Assembly (NCBI RefSeq): GCF_018977255.1
Contig: NW_024704742.1
Location: forward strand, 125,056,001 to 125,120,000
Direction: 5' to 3'
Source: Callorhinchus milii
Taxonomy: Eukaryota
DNA length: 64,000 nucleotides
How positions within the stretch are numbered: the first letter of the stretch is position 1; the number at the start of each line of letters is the position of its first letter. The notes under the pieces were generated by a model that saw nothing but the letters and a program-made list of their open reading frames with translations, did no database searches and was not told the origin of the DNA. This document shows positions 1-13,361 of the stretch, piece after piece. Made by a program: the position numbers and the translations under genes.

Positions 1-1996
1 TTCACATTGTCTGGAAAGTTTAAATCTGATAATTTTCGTTATTCAAAAGCTATCTGAAGTTTGCTAGTATGCTTACGAATAAATGTATTTAGTTGTTGCT
101 AACTGTTGTCATGTGTTTATTTGCCTAAATAATACACAGTCACTCCACATCACAGTAAATCCTGTCTTCACAGTAAATCCTGTCTTTACTGTCTTCATAG
201 TAAATCATGTGAAGTGCTTTGAGACATCCTCCTGATATAAAAGACACTATAATAATTATGGGATTCTCATGCCTTTCACGCCAGAAGGACATCTGAAAGT
301 GCTTCGCTGTATATACTGTAAAATGGAGTGACTATATTTTGTGGGCAAAGGGCTATATCAAATGCAAGGATTCTTCTTCTTACTATTATTAGTATTAATC
401 TGCTTCAGTCAATGTAATTTAAGCTTGTGAAGCACAGTTTAAGGTGTGCTTTCTGAACCAATTTAAATGTTCATTACTATATACTATATACTATTACAAT
501 ACCGGTAGCATTTCAAGACTGCTATTAACTATTGTGATATTCCTTAAATTACAGCATTGATTGCAATTCACAACTGGATTTCTACTAACCTAATTGAAAG
601 ATCTTTAACACGTTTCTAATAGGCCTCCTCAAACCACTTTGCATCAAGTCCAATATTGCTCACTCTTTTTAAAGGTTCGAAAATAAGGGATAAAGCGCAG
701 CTCTCTGTTATTCATGTTACTTTGCTTCCAAGTGTAATTATGTGATACATTGTGTGTGTATGAAGTTCTTGTACTCCTTGAACTGTGATGCGGTTCTAGT
801 TTCAATGTTCACTGTATCACTTTGTGCAGTATATAAATAGTATGACCATTTATTTCCACAAGATGGTACGACATATACAGCTTTCTCAGCAAGAGCAGGA
901 CTCACCCACAGACTGAAAAAACCTGTGGGTAAAAATAACACGGAATACTATAATGACTTTCAACATGTTTGGAAGACCTGCCAGACTTCATAAAAGAATG
1001 TGCTCTTGAGTCATGAAGTCTCTGGCAGGCTACAAGTCCCACTGGGCATCACAAGTACTCCGCGAGAAAACCATGGGAACCTTCCACGCCCGATGACAGA
1101 AAAGGATCTGGTGATTCTGAAAGGAAATGACCAAGGCTGACTCAGGAATTTGACACGGCTCAAAAGGTTCCTGACCATCCGAAAATAGCAACCAAAGTCC
1201 TGTATCTAACACCCAGTTGCCTGTGTTGGGGACATGAGCTTCCTTTATTTGTTTGGATACACCGCAGCACCTTGCACGGTTTGAATGTATCAAGTGTTTT
1301 AAATCTCTAATTGTCATGAGCTCTACCTGTTTTGTTTTGTGTTTGACAGAAAGTGTGGAGCAAGAAGGAAAAGGGAAGCTGGACATCAGGTTTAATCAGT
1401 ATAACAAACCCATAAGAAATCAAACTCAAGGGTGGAACATTTTGTTTGCTTTTTGTTGTCAAAACAGCAGAGGTTACAGGATTTGTTGGCACAATGGTTG
1501 TTTTTTCCTGATTGCAGTGAGTCGCTATCAATTATTTCGAAGGAACATAGTTCTTTTTTGGCCTTTCATGTTGGAAGTGATTAAAGTACACAATGCAGTG
1601 TGACAAAGATAGGGGCATGATCTTGGTTGCCAGCTGTTTTAAGGAGCTGAGTATGCGTTTATGCTTTTAACATAATTTGCACGTGGCTTAATATCTTTTT
1701 ATAAAGTGAACGCCTGTTACTCTGCCCTGGGCCATATTTTGGTCAAAGTGAACTATTCATTGACCACTACTTCACCGGCATTTATTGAAGGCAAGATGAC
1801 TTCTTGTTGCATTAGGAGAAGTGATCGAGGACTGAGGTCAACTAAACAAACTATAAAAGAATAAATATTTGGGGAAATTGAATGAAACTGTTAGTATGGG
1901 AGGGGGGAATATAGCTTACCATAAAATTTCACTGGTGATAGTTAATACATTATATGTTACATTTTCCCCCTATTTATGTTACTATAGTAATCATAG

Positions 1997-2685
1997 GTGT
2001 CAGCGTGGCTCACTCTTCTGGCTGGGATAGAAGGTAGTGGGTTCACATCCCACTTTGAAGACTTTGAGCTCAGAGTCTACGCTGACATTCCATGGGAGGG
2101 AGAGTGCTGCAATGTCAAAGGTGCTGTCCTAAAGATGAAATGTTATATAAAGGTCTTGCTCGCCCCATTATCGATGGGCGGGTCTTCCATCACTCTGCCC
2201 CCATCCTCTGGAACTTCATCCCGCAGTCCGTCCATCTCGCCCCCTCCCTCGCCACCTTCAAGACGTACCTCAAGACCGTGCTTTTGATCTCCTTGCTTCT
2301 TTCTCCCACCCACTCTCCACCCTCCCCCACCCTCAACCCCCAGCTCGGGTCTGTAACTCTGTCTGTCCAATGCCTTGGGACATCCTCCTGATGTGAAATG
2401 CGCTATACAAGTGTAATTTTGTTAGTGGTGTTGTTGTCTTGTCTACCTCTTCAGATGGACATTAAAGAGCCCCATGATAATATTCGAAAAGAGAAGGGAA
2501 GTTTTAACTGGTGTAATGGCCAACAATCCTCCAGTCAAATTGATCATTCACCACCTGGCTGTTTGTAGGCCATGTGTGCAAATTGGCTGTCTACATTTGC
2601 TTACAAACACACAGGCTCTAAGCAATTTCACTGACATGCTTTGATGTAATAAGGCTTTATATCAAAAGCAAGTATTACTATTAAT
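1997..2685 (+). mobile_element. Deu-domain SINE (SacSINE1/AmnSINE1-like), split by an L2 fragment
   Basis: Degenerate head (GTGGGTTCACATCCCAC), then CAGATGGACATTAAAGAGCCCCATG...GGTGTAATGGCCAACAATCC...GGCTGTTTGT, and an L2-type tail. Same motif order as about 15 other copies in the window. Confidence 0.8.
2152..2436 (+). mobile_element. L2 LINE 3' fragment inserted in a SINE
   Basis: Translates to RPIIDGRVFHHSAPILWNFIPQSVHLAPSLATFKTYLKT (L2 ORF2 C-terminus), followed by a C-rich 3' UTR and a (TTG)n tail. Confidence 0.85.
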
Positions 2686-4059
2686 AATAATGCAGCAAAA
2701 CAGAGCAGTTCAGCAGTAGGAGGTTAGATTGATCTTTTGTTAAAGGAAAATAACTCATTCGCCTCTTGCGACTTAGTTTTGTGTCTGGCCCAGATTATTG
2801 GGATAAAGAGTTCTTTCTCTGTTCACTGTAAGAGTTTATTTGAAATAAATTAAATCAGTTTGTAACCGACCTACACTTTAACACAGAAAAAGACATTTAC
2901 AAAATGGCCAGCTTGGGGAACATATTAACCATGGTTATATTCTTCAGAAAAAATATTTATTTAGTTTTTCAATATTCAGTCAAACAGCTTTAAGCCATGT
3001 AAAAAATCATTTGCAGTCCAAATGAAAATTTGAGTTGTGTTGAATTTTTTAAAAAAACTAATGCTTTAAAGACCTATGAGGAAACATTTCTGGATCTAGA
3101 TTTTCTTTATTTATGTAGCGTTTTAGAGTGTCCAGAATTTGGCCAATTGTTGAGCTCAATCTTAACTTTGAAACCAGTTTTCTGTCAATACTTAAAAGAA
3201 TTTAATAGAAAATTGGCTTCAGAGTTAAGACTGTGTTTTAGCATTTGCCAAATTCTGGCTCTGAAATTCTACGTTAGTAGGGTAAATGAAAGGAAAGAGC
3301 TGCTCTGAGACACTACACGAAAGATGCTATATCAATGCAACGTGTTATAAAGTAGTTAGGTTGTCTTATCTCACATTTGATCATAGCAGCTCTCTTTTTT
3401 TATATATATATATTTTAAGTTACAACATTTAAAATTGCTAATAAAAGATAGCTCCTGCGATATTTTTGCATTAAATAAGCTGAAATCCTAAGGGATGTTG
3501 AGTGTCTAAGCTTATTTATTCTGCATTGGTTTTCAGTTTCATAAAATCAGCTGAAACACATCTCAGTAAGAATGGACAGAGGAAATTAACAGAAATACAA
3601 GAGCCATTTTATGAAAACTTGTGGACTTTATTTCTTTTGTGATATAAAGAAGGGCTGGTGTGCTAACAAGATCAAGTCAATACTTTAATTAAATTGATTT
3701 TTAGCAGGTTTTTTTCAGTTAACTGCAGCAGAACGTTGTTGAGGCTTTAGCCAAATATTGATGGTTGGGTCAAAACAATAATTCTGCTGTAACTGCAGTG
3801 TTTTGTATCAACCCTTAAAGACTGTACTGAATATCTTCAATTGGAATGTCACATACCGTAATTCCTGCCTTTGGGTGACTTGGAAGTTAACTTTATTCCT
3901 TCAATGAAAGGCTTGAACAAAGACTTAATGAGTGCTTCCTGAATAAGAAAGTATGGATTAATCTATCCAAAATTAGCATGGCCATTAGAACTCCAGAACT
4001 TGTTCATGCTTCCCAGATCTACAAGGGTCAATTCTGCAAAACATAGTCCTCTCTACAGT

Positions 4060-4221
4060 GAACAAAACACAAAATACTGCAGATCAGGCAGCATCTATGG
4101 AGAAAGGAAAGTGAGTGAACAGGGTTCTGACAAAGGGTCGTGGACCCAAAACTTTGACTCACTTTCCTTTCTCCATAGATGCTGCCTGACCCGCTGAGTT
4201 TTCCCAGCTCTCTCTGTTTTT
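4060..4221 (+). mobile_element. Penelope-like non-autonomous element with inverted arms and a decayed hammerhead core
   Basis: Perfect 33-bp inverted repeat (4084-4116 / 4157-4189) around CTGACAA-AGGGTC-GTG-GACCC-AAAAC. Flanked by a 14-bp direct repeat GTCYTCTCTACAGT (4046-4059 / 4222-4235). Homologous to 45210-45341. Confidence 0.75.
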
Positions 4222-4361
4222 GTCTTCTCTACAGTCATTGCTTACTTAAAGAGCTTTCACTCAGGTTTGGAGTGTTGTAAATGTGATTTGATTTCTAAGA
4301 TAAATTAACAATGGAACATCCTTCTGAATTCTTTGAAGGTCATAACCAGCTGTCACATAAA

Positions 4362-4800
4362 TAACAACAAATTGTATTTAGATAATGCCTTCATGTCAGG
4401 AGGAGGCCCTGTGGGTGAGGGTGAGAAGGTGAGTGAAGGTGTGGTCAAATAGTCTTGAGGCAGATCTTGAAGAAGCTGAGGGAATGGATGAGGTGAAGGA
4501 ACTCTGGGATGGCATTCTAGAGAGTTGGGCAGAAAGGCTGAAGGCTCAACTGCCAATATTGAGATGGGCAAGGCGGGCAACATAAAGCAGGCCAGTGCAT
4601 GCCCAACAGAGGGAGAGGGCAAGTTGTTAAGGTTTTAGAAAGTAACGGAGGGAGGGTGGAGCAAATCCATGGAGGGCTTCGACTGTGAGGATGAAGATTT
4701 TGAACTAGATTCTCTGGAGAATGGAGAGCCAGTGGAGCCAGGTAAGGATGGTAGTGATAGGCTCATGGAGCCTGGTGTGGGAAAATCTGAGACATTGGCA
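4362..4800 (-). mobile_element. Old L2 LINE 3' fragment
   Basis: Reverse strand shows degenerate LHWLP...FKI and SAFLPNSL motifs, plus the L2 tail. Confidence 0.75.
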
Positions 4801-4953
4801 TAATTTTGAACAATTTCATCTTCTCTTCTGTGATCATAAAATGACAACCTTAAAGAGATTATCTTCGCATACATTCTATCCATTTTTTTCAGATCTTCAT
4901 CCCATTGTTTCATTGTGTTATTAATATTTAGGTCTTATCTGCCTTGTGATTCA

Positions 4954-5256
4954 TGTCCTATAGCTCAGTGGTTAGAGCACTCGCTTTACAAGTGAGAGAC
5001 TGAGTTCAATTCCAGGCAGGGCGAAACCTTGGGCAAGTTTCCTTACTCCACACGTCTAATAATAATCCCTCCAAAAAAAACAATAATAAATTGGTGATTT
5101 TCAATCCATGACTGTTTGTGGGACACTGCTGTGCACAATTGGCTGCTGCGTTCGCCCACAAATATACAGTCAATTCACTTTACAGTATATTCTGTGAAGC
5201 GTTTTGGGACGTCTAGAAGACTCAAAAAGCGTCAAATGCAAGGATTATTATCATTA
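4954..5256 (+). mobile_element. tRNA-derived SINE, short variant (SINE2-1_CM-like)
   Basis: A box TAGCTCAGTGG, B box GAGTTCAATTCC, partial Deu segment (CTGTTTGTGGGACACTGCTGTG) and a tail ending GCAAGGATTATTA. Confidence 0.85.
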
Positions 5257-5257
5257 T

Positions 5258-5500
5258 GTGGGCACAAAGGGATCAACCTAATATTGAGCCTGTTCTACCA
5301 GTTTAGATTTTGGCAGATTTTTTAATCCCAATGTCCTGTCCTTCCGCCATACTTTTTGATATCTCTAGTACCCAAGTATCTATCATCTCTTTTTTAAATA
5401 TTCCTATTGATTCCATGTCTACAGTTTTCTGGAACAAGACATTCCATATCTTCACAAACCTCTGCATAAAGAAATAATTCCTGTCCTCAGTTCTAATTTA
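5258..5500 (-). mobile_element. Highly decayed CR1 3' remnant
   Basis: ACATTCCATATCTTCACAAACCTCTGCATAAAGAAATAATTCC is the reverse of the CR1 C-terminal motif (R.YFF.QRVV..WN). Confidence 0.6.
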
Positions 5501-5787
5501 CCAGATACAGTGTGCAGATTTTCTTATAAAGTTTCTGGCATACTTTAACTACAACTGAAAGGTTTCACAGTAGTATTATTAGATTAATAAACATGGTGTC
5601 TATCCTGCTGGGATGAATATAGGTTGCTGGACAGAGGTTTTATGTAATTGTGAAAGTATATTCTATGAAAGACTGGAGAAATTGCTGCAAAAACAAATTT
5701 GGAAAAGACAAATTAAACAATGTGGAAAAATAAAATCAGATCTTTGGTCCTTAGTTAATCAGATGAGCAACCAACAAGGGATTTATT

Positions 5788-6195
5788 GGGGAGCATGATA
5801 GTTTAGCACACTTTGAACTCTGGCCTCTTGGCCACCACCTGGGTTCAAATGCAACCCAGATTGATTAGATTAAAGGATCTTTTGTCTGTGACTATAAAAG
5901 TTTGAAATGAAATGAATAGGGGTATTTTCAACTCTTACATCTGTCATAAATTGATACTAACTTGGCAGCTGTAGAGTGGGGATCTTTAGTGCATGAAATG
6001 AAATTAGCTTGGCAATATGGAAGAGAATATTATTTTAAGGTTTGGTGCTAAAGGCATATTGTTGGTACACAGTCGATTCAATCTGTGTTTGGCCATGTTG
6101 TACCTAACCTGAGAGTAAGCAATGCTGTAATGGGAGGTCAAAGTGGGAGAGTGTCTCAGTCCACCATACAAATCAACTCAGATTGAGCAACATGT
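5788..6195 (+). mobile_element. Ancient LF-SINE-like element
   Basis: Collinear degenerate blocks resembling the LF-SINE consensus as I remember it: ACCTGGGTTCAAATGCAACCCAG, TGAAATGAAT, AATTGATACTAACTTGGCA, GGCATATTG, CCATGTTGTACCT. Confidence 0.6.
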
Positions 6196-8539
6196 ATGTT
6201 CACAACATTGAAAATAACTATTATACATATAATAATAATCCTTGCATTTGATATAGTGCCTTTAATGTCGGGAGGACGTCTCAAATTGCCCCACAGGATT
6301 TATTGCAGAGTGATGAAGTGACTGTTTATTTTGTAGGTGAACATTTCCAAATTTATCCAAACTTTTCTTGTGACCAACTTATTGAATGGCAAGCATAAAC
6401 TAAGTACCATAAGATTCGCTCAGCAGAATATTAACATGCAACAATGTGGCAAAAAGTATTGAGTGCACATTAAATTAGGAAGTGGCATGGCTTTAATGGT
6501 GGTTTGACGAAAGCAGAATATCTGAATAGCCAGTTCAAGTAATCACTTGAAATGGTCCATTATGCTGAATAAATAAAAACATTCCTGCATAACCCCAAAA
6601 AAGACTTGAACATGTAAACCTGCAGCCATGAATACAATGCAAAATCGTGTCCCTGAAATCAAAGGAGGCAATCTTATAAACCTTTAGTTTTGAGGCCATT
6701 CTGAAATAAATTCCACAATCCTGCATATTTGATGTAAGGCAGGAAAATTATTTACAAATGAAATGATTTTTACTCCCTCCCCTCTTTCAAGGGGCATTTA
6801 AAAACGTACATCTTTGACCGCAATTTCAGAAATCTTTCCTCTCCTTTCCTCGGCTCCCAACCCCAGCTTGGGTGCCCAGCCAGTGGTGTGATGCACTTTG
6901 AGAAATCTTTCGAATGTGAAAGTCACTATATAAATGTGAATTGTATTGTGTAATTGTATTTGGTAATATTAAAGCCTAATACAATACTAATACAACTTTT
7001 GAATTAGTAAGTCTTGAATAGCAGAAGCCCAGCACTTGGATGAGCTCATTATAGGCAACATTTTACATATAGATTTTCAACATATTTTCTTTATCTTTAT
7101 TCCATCAATTATCTTTGATTCTACTTGATACAAGAATTGTCGTCGTAACCAAACAAATCTAAAATCTTCCAACTCTCACTGGCTTGACATAAAGTGTTAA
7201 GAATGCAGCCACATTGAATTAATTCAAATATAATGGATCTCACTTGTATGCAAACACTTCAGTCTATGAAATGAAGATAATTATTTAAATTTGCTGTTGC
7301 ATTAGTTTATAATAATGTGAATCAACCAGCCACTTAAACACATCAGCCTGATTTTTACACACATCAAATTTAATGTGACTGAAAACTGGATTCACTTATA
7401 TTCACGAGCAGAAACAGGCTAAGGATTTAAAAGTAATTATGAAATACATCAAAACATAAGTTGAAAATCACATAAAAATGATAATCACATTAATTTTAAT
7501 TATTCATTCTGCTTCAAAAAAATTTCAGCAAAAAAGTGACCTTGAATCTGAGCATGGAGAGGACAGCAACCTTAAACATATTGGTTTGAGCTCCCAAGTG
7601 GAGATTACTCTAATTCTTTCACTATCTCCAAGGTCCACTTCATTAAACAGGGATGAAGATTACAGTACAGCAATAGCATGATCGGCTGTTCCTGGTACCT
7701 GGTATTCCCTCATAGGACAGTCAGTAATAACAACACCTGACCCCCTTTAGCAGAACGGGGTCAGATTCAAGCAGGGCAGAGAACTGACTGTGTGGCTGCC
7801 AGGGTTTAATTGAAATGTTGTGATAAATTTAACTGCCGGGTCAGATGTTACTAGCTGAGAAAGCAGGGGTCACCGGGGTCTCCTAGTGCAACTGTTCTGA
7901 TTTTAGTGTCCACTGATTTGTTCACAGAGGTTGATTTACTACAGACAGGACTTGATCTTCCTTTGACCCTAAAACTGCCAGGAATAGGTATAGATAAGTT
8001 CAATGCAGAAAGAGTGCTTTATTAAACTGGGTTTCATTTTATTAGTGTGGAAGTAAGTCCTGTCAGCTCAATGTGACAGGAAGCATTCACCTTATTACTC
8101 GAGACACTGGACCTATGGGTCACTCCACATGAAGAGAGAGTTCAGCAGTTAACCAAAACAACAATAAATAACGCAAAGATTTTAAATTAACTGGCAAGTG
8201 AACTGCTGTTGCTTGTTACAAATAAGACATTAAACTAAACTAAAGCTAAATAAAGGTCATGTATTTGATAATAAAGGCCCTACCTAAATAAAGGCCCCGG
8301 GATCCGTTACTGTGAAGCGCTCTGAGTCCGGTGTGGAGGGTGCTATATAAATCCAAGTTGTTGTTGTTGTATTTAAAGAGGGAAAAACAAATTTCCTCAG
8401 TGTTTGTGTTCAATATGTTTTTTCTTGCGATAAGTTCAAAATTGGTTGCAATTCTTCAGGAAAAGTAACTGGTGAATTGTGTTGTGAATAGAAATGTGAT
8501 TTCATTGTCATCAGTAAAGTGATTTGAAAAGTGGTGGTG

Positions 8540-8905
8540 AAGTCCTGTAGCTCAGTGAGTAGAGCACTCAGCTCGCAAGCATGAGACATGGGATCGATTC
8601 ACAGAGGGCGAAACACTGGGCAAGTTTCCTTATTCTACACGCCTCTGTTTACCTAGCAGCAAGTAGGAACCCGGTTGTTAGTCGATTGGCAGATTGCTTT
8701 TCCATGGGTAACAATTCTTCAAAAACAAATTTGTTCACTCAATCCACGACTGTTTGTGGGACACTGCTGTGCTCAATAATAAATTTGCCTCGCCTCACCC
8801 GCAAAGTATACAGTCAATTCACTTTACAGTATATTCAGTGAAGCGCTTTGAGACGTCTCAAAGACGTGATAAAGCACTATATCAAATACAAGGATTATTA
8901 TTATA
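8540..8905 (+). mobile_element. tRNA-derived SINE, long variant with Meta-like and partial Deu domains (SINE2-1_CM-like)
   Basis: tRNA head, central GCCTCTGTTTACCTAGCAGCAAGTAGGAACCCGG, Deu 3' part, L2-type stem-loop tail and (TTA)n. Confidence 0.85.
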
Positions 8906-10809
8906 TATAAAGAATATACTGTAGTTGTAAAAATATAGTTAAAGAACACCAGTTACAATATGTATGGTGGATTGTATATAAAATTTCATTTGATCTCTGG
9001 TCAATGCTTCCATCTTGTCACAAGAAGCAGCCTTGAGATGTATGAAATAAACTGTTCACTTATACTCATGTCAAAGAAAGCGACAGTAAAAATACAGTGC
9101 ATTTCCTTTAGATCTTCCTGTTAACTTTAAGTGAAGAGATAGAAGGAAAGTTTGTTTAAACTCTTCTTCTTTAGATACAGATTCTTCCTTTATTCATGTA
9201 CCATTTCTCCTTTTTTGGATAAATTTTGCATTCTAAGATTTATGGTTCTTCCTTGTTAATACTGGATAATACTGAATGTATAATAGTTCATTTAAAATGC
9301 TTTTATGATTCATGGATCTTTAGAAATATAATAATCACAATAATGAGGTCCAACTCCACCTGGTTCTAGGTTTACTCTATTAACGTAACGTTTCAAAATG
9401 TAAAAGAATTTTGCAAATTGTTGAATTCAGTTTTAAACTTGAAGCTCCGTTTCCTGTAGTTCTTAAAAAGAAATTTACAAAAGGCTTCAAAATTAAAGAC
9501 AAGGGTATTCAAGAAGTTAACAAATTCTCGATGTTCTGAAATGCTACAAAAATAGAATAAATCTGAACACAGGTGTGATTTCTACCTAAAGTAGGGTAAA
9601 AATGTAATTTCCTTCCTTTAGATTTCTGTGAATAAATTGGTAAGTGTACTTACATATATTACTTTCTAAGCACTATAAAAACATGGGTTAGTTTATTCTT
9701 AAATGCTTTCATTTTCTTTAAAAAACCAACTTGCAATGTAACACGATTTATCTTGTTAGTGAACATTCCTGTAAATCTTTTGAATCTTACTCCCACTTTC
9801 TCTCTATTATATATCTGTTTTTAGAGATAGAGACAAGATAAGCTGCCTAATACTGTCCACTGGCATAACACATTACTTAGATGCAGCTGGACAAGGTTAT
9901 CTGCCTATTAGCATGGGGAAGGCATTCACAATTATTTAATACCATGTAAGAGTCTTATTAGGATTTCCTCAAAAGCCATGACATATGAATTGATATCCCT
10001 CTGCACATCCCTTTAGACATTTAGAAATTGGATACTGAGATATAAAAAACATATGTAATGCACATTGGAACAACAACAATGACTTGCATTTATATTACTG
10101 TTTCCATCCCATTCCATGCAGATATCACGTGGAAACCCATCCCCACACTTAAGAGCCTCCAAATCAAACTGCTGAGAATTCCACAGATGTATGGTTTCCG
10201 TTTGTCTGGAATGCAGGTCACACTCTTCCCCAGAGGGACACAGCCTGTTCATCTAATGCTGGAACGTATTACCATTGCAATGCAAAAACTTACTTCATAA
10301 ACTAAATAGTTTGGGATCAAATTTCAGCTTTGCCCAACGCTGAAATCTACCGCATTACCAACATTGTCCTTTCCATCAGAATTATTTAGAATGGACATAG
10401 CTGTGTATTTTCTTTATTGACCCCAAGTGTGAATCCATACACAACTACCACTGCTTCAACTATTTACATTTACATGGGGTCGGGAGGACATGGCAAAGCA
10501 CCTCACACAGCTGACTGGGCACCTGAACTGGATAGAGTGGGGCGGGATGGGGAGAGGGGATTGATGGGAGGGCTTTGGTGGGTGGGAGGAGAAAGATAAT
10601 CAAAATTGCAGTTGAATGGATAGTGTTAAGGTGGGCTTCGAAAGTGGGTGCAGCAGGGCGGGCAGGTGGGGGCGAGGTTCAGAAGAGCTGGGAGGTAAAG
10701 AGCGGGAAGGCTGAAAACCCACCTGCCATCCCCATTCCATGTAATTTTAGATAATCTACCTCCACATAACAATCCCCCTGATAAAATTGGTCACAAATTG
10801 GCTGCGCAA

Positions 10810-12110
10810 TTGCAAGGATTATAATGTTATGTTGTCAAAACGTCTCAAAATGCTTCATAGGATTTTGCATTAAGGGTGTAGACACTGTAATGTAAAGTAT
10901 AGTGACTCTGTATTTTGTAGCTGAATGCAGCAAACAATTTGTGCACAGCAATTTCCCACAAACAGCTATGAAGTGAATGACCAACTCCAACTCCAACATT
11001 TATTTGTATAGCATCTTTCACATACGGAGGACATCCCAAGGCATTGGACAATCAGTGTTTTGGTACCAAGTTGGGAGTCGGAATCGGGAGCGTGGAGGGC
11101 AGTGGGGGGAACGAGGATGACAGAAGGCACGGTCGAAGAGAAGGGTCTTGAAGAAGGCAAGGGAGAGCACGAGGCGGAGGGACTGCAGAATGTAGTTCCA
11201 GAGGGTGGGGGCAGCGTGGCAGAAGGCCTGCCCGCCAATGGTAGGTGGGGCAAGGCTGGGGACATGAAGCAGGCTGGAGCCTGCTGAGCAGAGGGAGCAG
11301 GCAGGTTGGTAGGGGCTTAGGAGGTCGCAGAGTTAGGGAGGTGCAAGGCCATGGATAGCTTTGAAGATGAGGATCAGGATCTTGTACTGTATCCTCTGTG
11401 TGATGGGAAGCCAGTGGAGTCAGGCGAGGATGGAGGTGATAGGTTTGTAGAGCCTAGTGTGGGAGAGGATACGGGCTGCAGAGTTCTGGATGGAATGCCA
11501 CACGAGATGATCCGGGAGCTAGAAGAGAAGCCATTTGAGAAGATGAAGTGCAGGCAGTGTGAGAGGTACGATCTGAACCAATCAAGGACAGTGCCATGGA
11601 GGTTGAGGTGAGAGGAGAGGTGGAAGATGAGGATAGAGTGGTCGACAGTGTCGAAAGCAGCAGAGAGGTCAAGGAGGACGAGGAGGCAGAAGGAGCCCTG
11701 GTCGCAGATGGACAGAATGTCATTTGTCACTTTAATCAGGGCAGTTTCTGTGGGCGACACGGAAGCCCGATTGGAGGGGTTCAAGAAGGGAGTGGTGGGA
11801 GAGGTAGGAGCGAAGCTGAGAAACAACAATTCGTTTCAGAACCTTGGAGAGGAAGGGGAGGTTGAAGATGGGGCAAGCCATTCAAGAGGACCTGACTAAA
11901 TTATGTTGGTTGATTGTCATCCAGAACACTGGGAGAAACTCCCTTCACTTTTCTAATAGTGCCATGGGATCATTAAAATCCATCTGAATAGGCAGATGGG
12001 ACCTCAGCTTAATGTCTCACCTGAAGTTCGGCATCTTGAACAGTGCATCGCACTCCTAGTGCTACAATGGAGTGAGTATCAGCCTAGATTATAAGAATTC
12101 AAAGTCTTGA
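10810..12110 (-). mobile_element. Deu-domain SINE split by an L2 insertion
   Basis: SINE 3' half at about 10810-10983 and 5' half at about 11895-12110 are contiguous once the L2 is removed. Confidence 0.75.
10984..11890 (-). mobile_element. L2 LINE fragment, internally deleted RT pseudogene
   Basis: Encodes TETALIKVTNDIL...LVLLDLSAAFDTVDHSIL...WFRSYLS, then jumps near 11490 from SCGIP to IQNSA, so the YADD region is missing. Ends in the L2 tail. Confidence 0.9.
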
Positions 12111-13029
12111 TGTGTATATTTTGATGAAATTATTTTGCACAATTAATGTGATTTTCTCCTTTCTCAAATGGCCTTTGAATATTATAGACAGCAACTTCCA
12201 AGAATCCTTGGCTCAAAGGTACTGGCTGTGCATTTTTTGTTCTGGAATAAACATCAACACTATTCCAAAAGTTTATGTATTACAAAACTTCAGAAAGTTA
12301 GAAATAGTTGTAATTCCAATTAATCTGGTGCTTTGTTTTTCTTCACTGTAATATGTAGGCAATGTTGGAAACAGCGTATCTAAACGAACAAGATAATGTA
12401 CTTCTCTGATCATTAGCAATTATTCCTGTACTCTGCTACATACTTGTTAATTTTTCACCACATCTGATACGAAATGTTACACAGGAACAAGGCATGTTGC
12501 AGTTTGCACACACATCGTCATGAAGATAATGTATGAACAATGTACTAGGACATGACATTTTGAAAGTATATTTGACAGTCACATTTTTAGTTGGCAAAGT
12601 AATACATGCATAATGCAAAACTACCAGTGTCCACTGTGAATACAGCTAATGTTTTGAATCACTCCAAACAAATTGCTGTTAGAAAAAAAAGACACTTTAT
12701 TGAAATTAACTTGGAAATGTTTCCAGATGAACAAATGTTACAAACCTAAGCCCAGATACTAAAACTCCAATTGTTTTGTCATTATAATATTCATTCCAGT
12801 TATTAAGATGCTGAAATATTAGTCAAGCTAATATGACCATTTCTCTTATGCACTTAGAAGCTGTGATCATTCATACTGAAATAAAACCTTTCATGTTCAT
12901 CATTAAAATGGTTTAAAATTTGATAGGTAACTCCAGAAAGTTTACTTATGTTGAATACACTTTACAGTAAATTATAATAATATGGGTGTATGAAGGCAAG
13001 AAACTGCCAAACTAATTTACTAGTTTTAT

Positions 13030-13360
13030 TTGACTATGTGACAAAAGAGCTTTATAAGGGGAAGGCAGTGTATATATACAGCTGGATTTATATATATGGC
13101 TGGATTTCAGTAAGACCTTTGATAGAGTTCCTCATGAAAGGCTGGCACTGAAAATAAAGAAATTAGGAATTAGAGGAAGTATCTTGCAATGGATGCATAA
13201 TTGGTTGACCGATCAAACCCAGAAGGTGGTGGTACATGGAATGTTGTTTGTTTCAAGAACAAATTAGATAGATTTTTGCTAGAAAATATCTCAGGATACA
13301 ATATATAGTTTGGGACATGACATGTCAAGTGACTGCCAGGATGATGGAAGGTGAACTAGA
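13030..13360 (+). mobile_element. CR1 LINE remnant whose 3' UTR resumes at about 14926-14970
   Basis: Translates to DFSKTFDRVPHERL...GIRGSILQWMHNWL. The 3' UTR GACTGCCAGGATGATGGAAGGTGAACTAGA|TGGACCTTGGTCTT matches the uninterrupted copy at 61915-61972 on the minus strand. Confidence 0.8.
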
Positions 13361-13361
13361 A

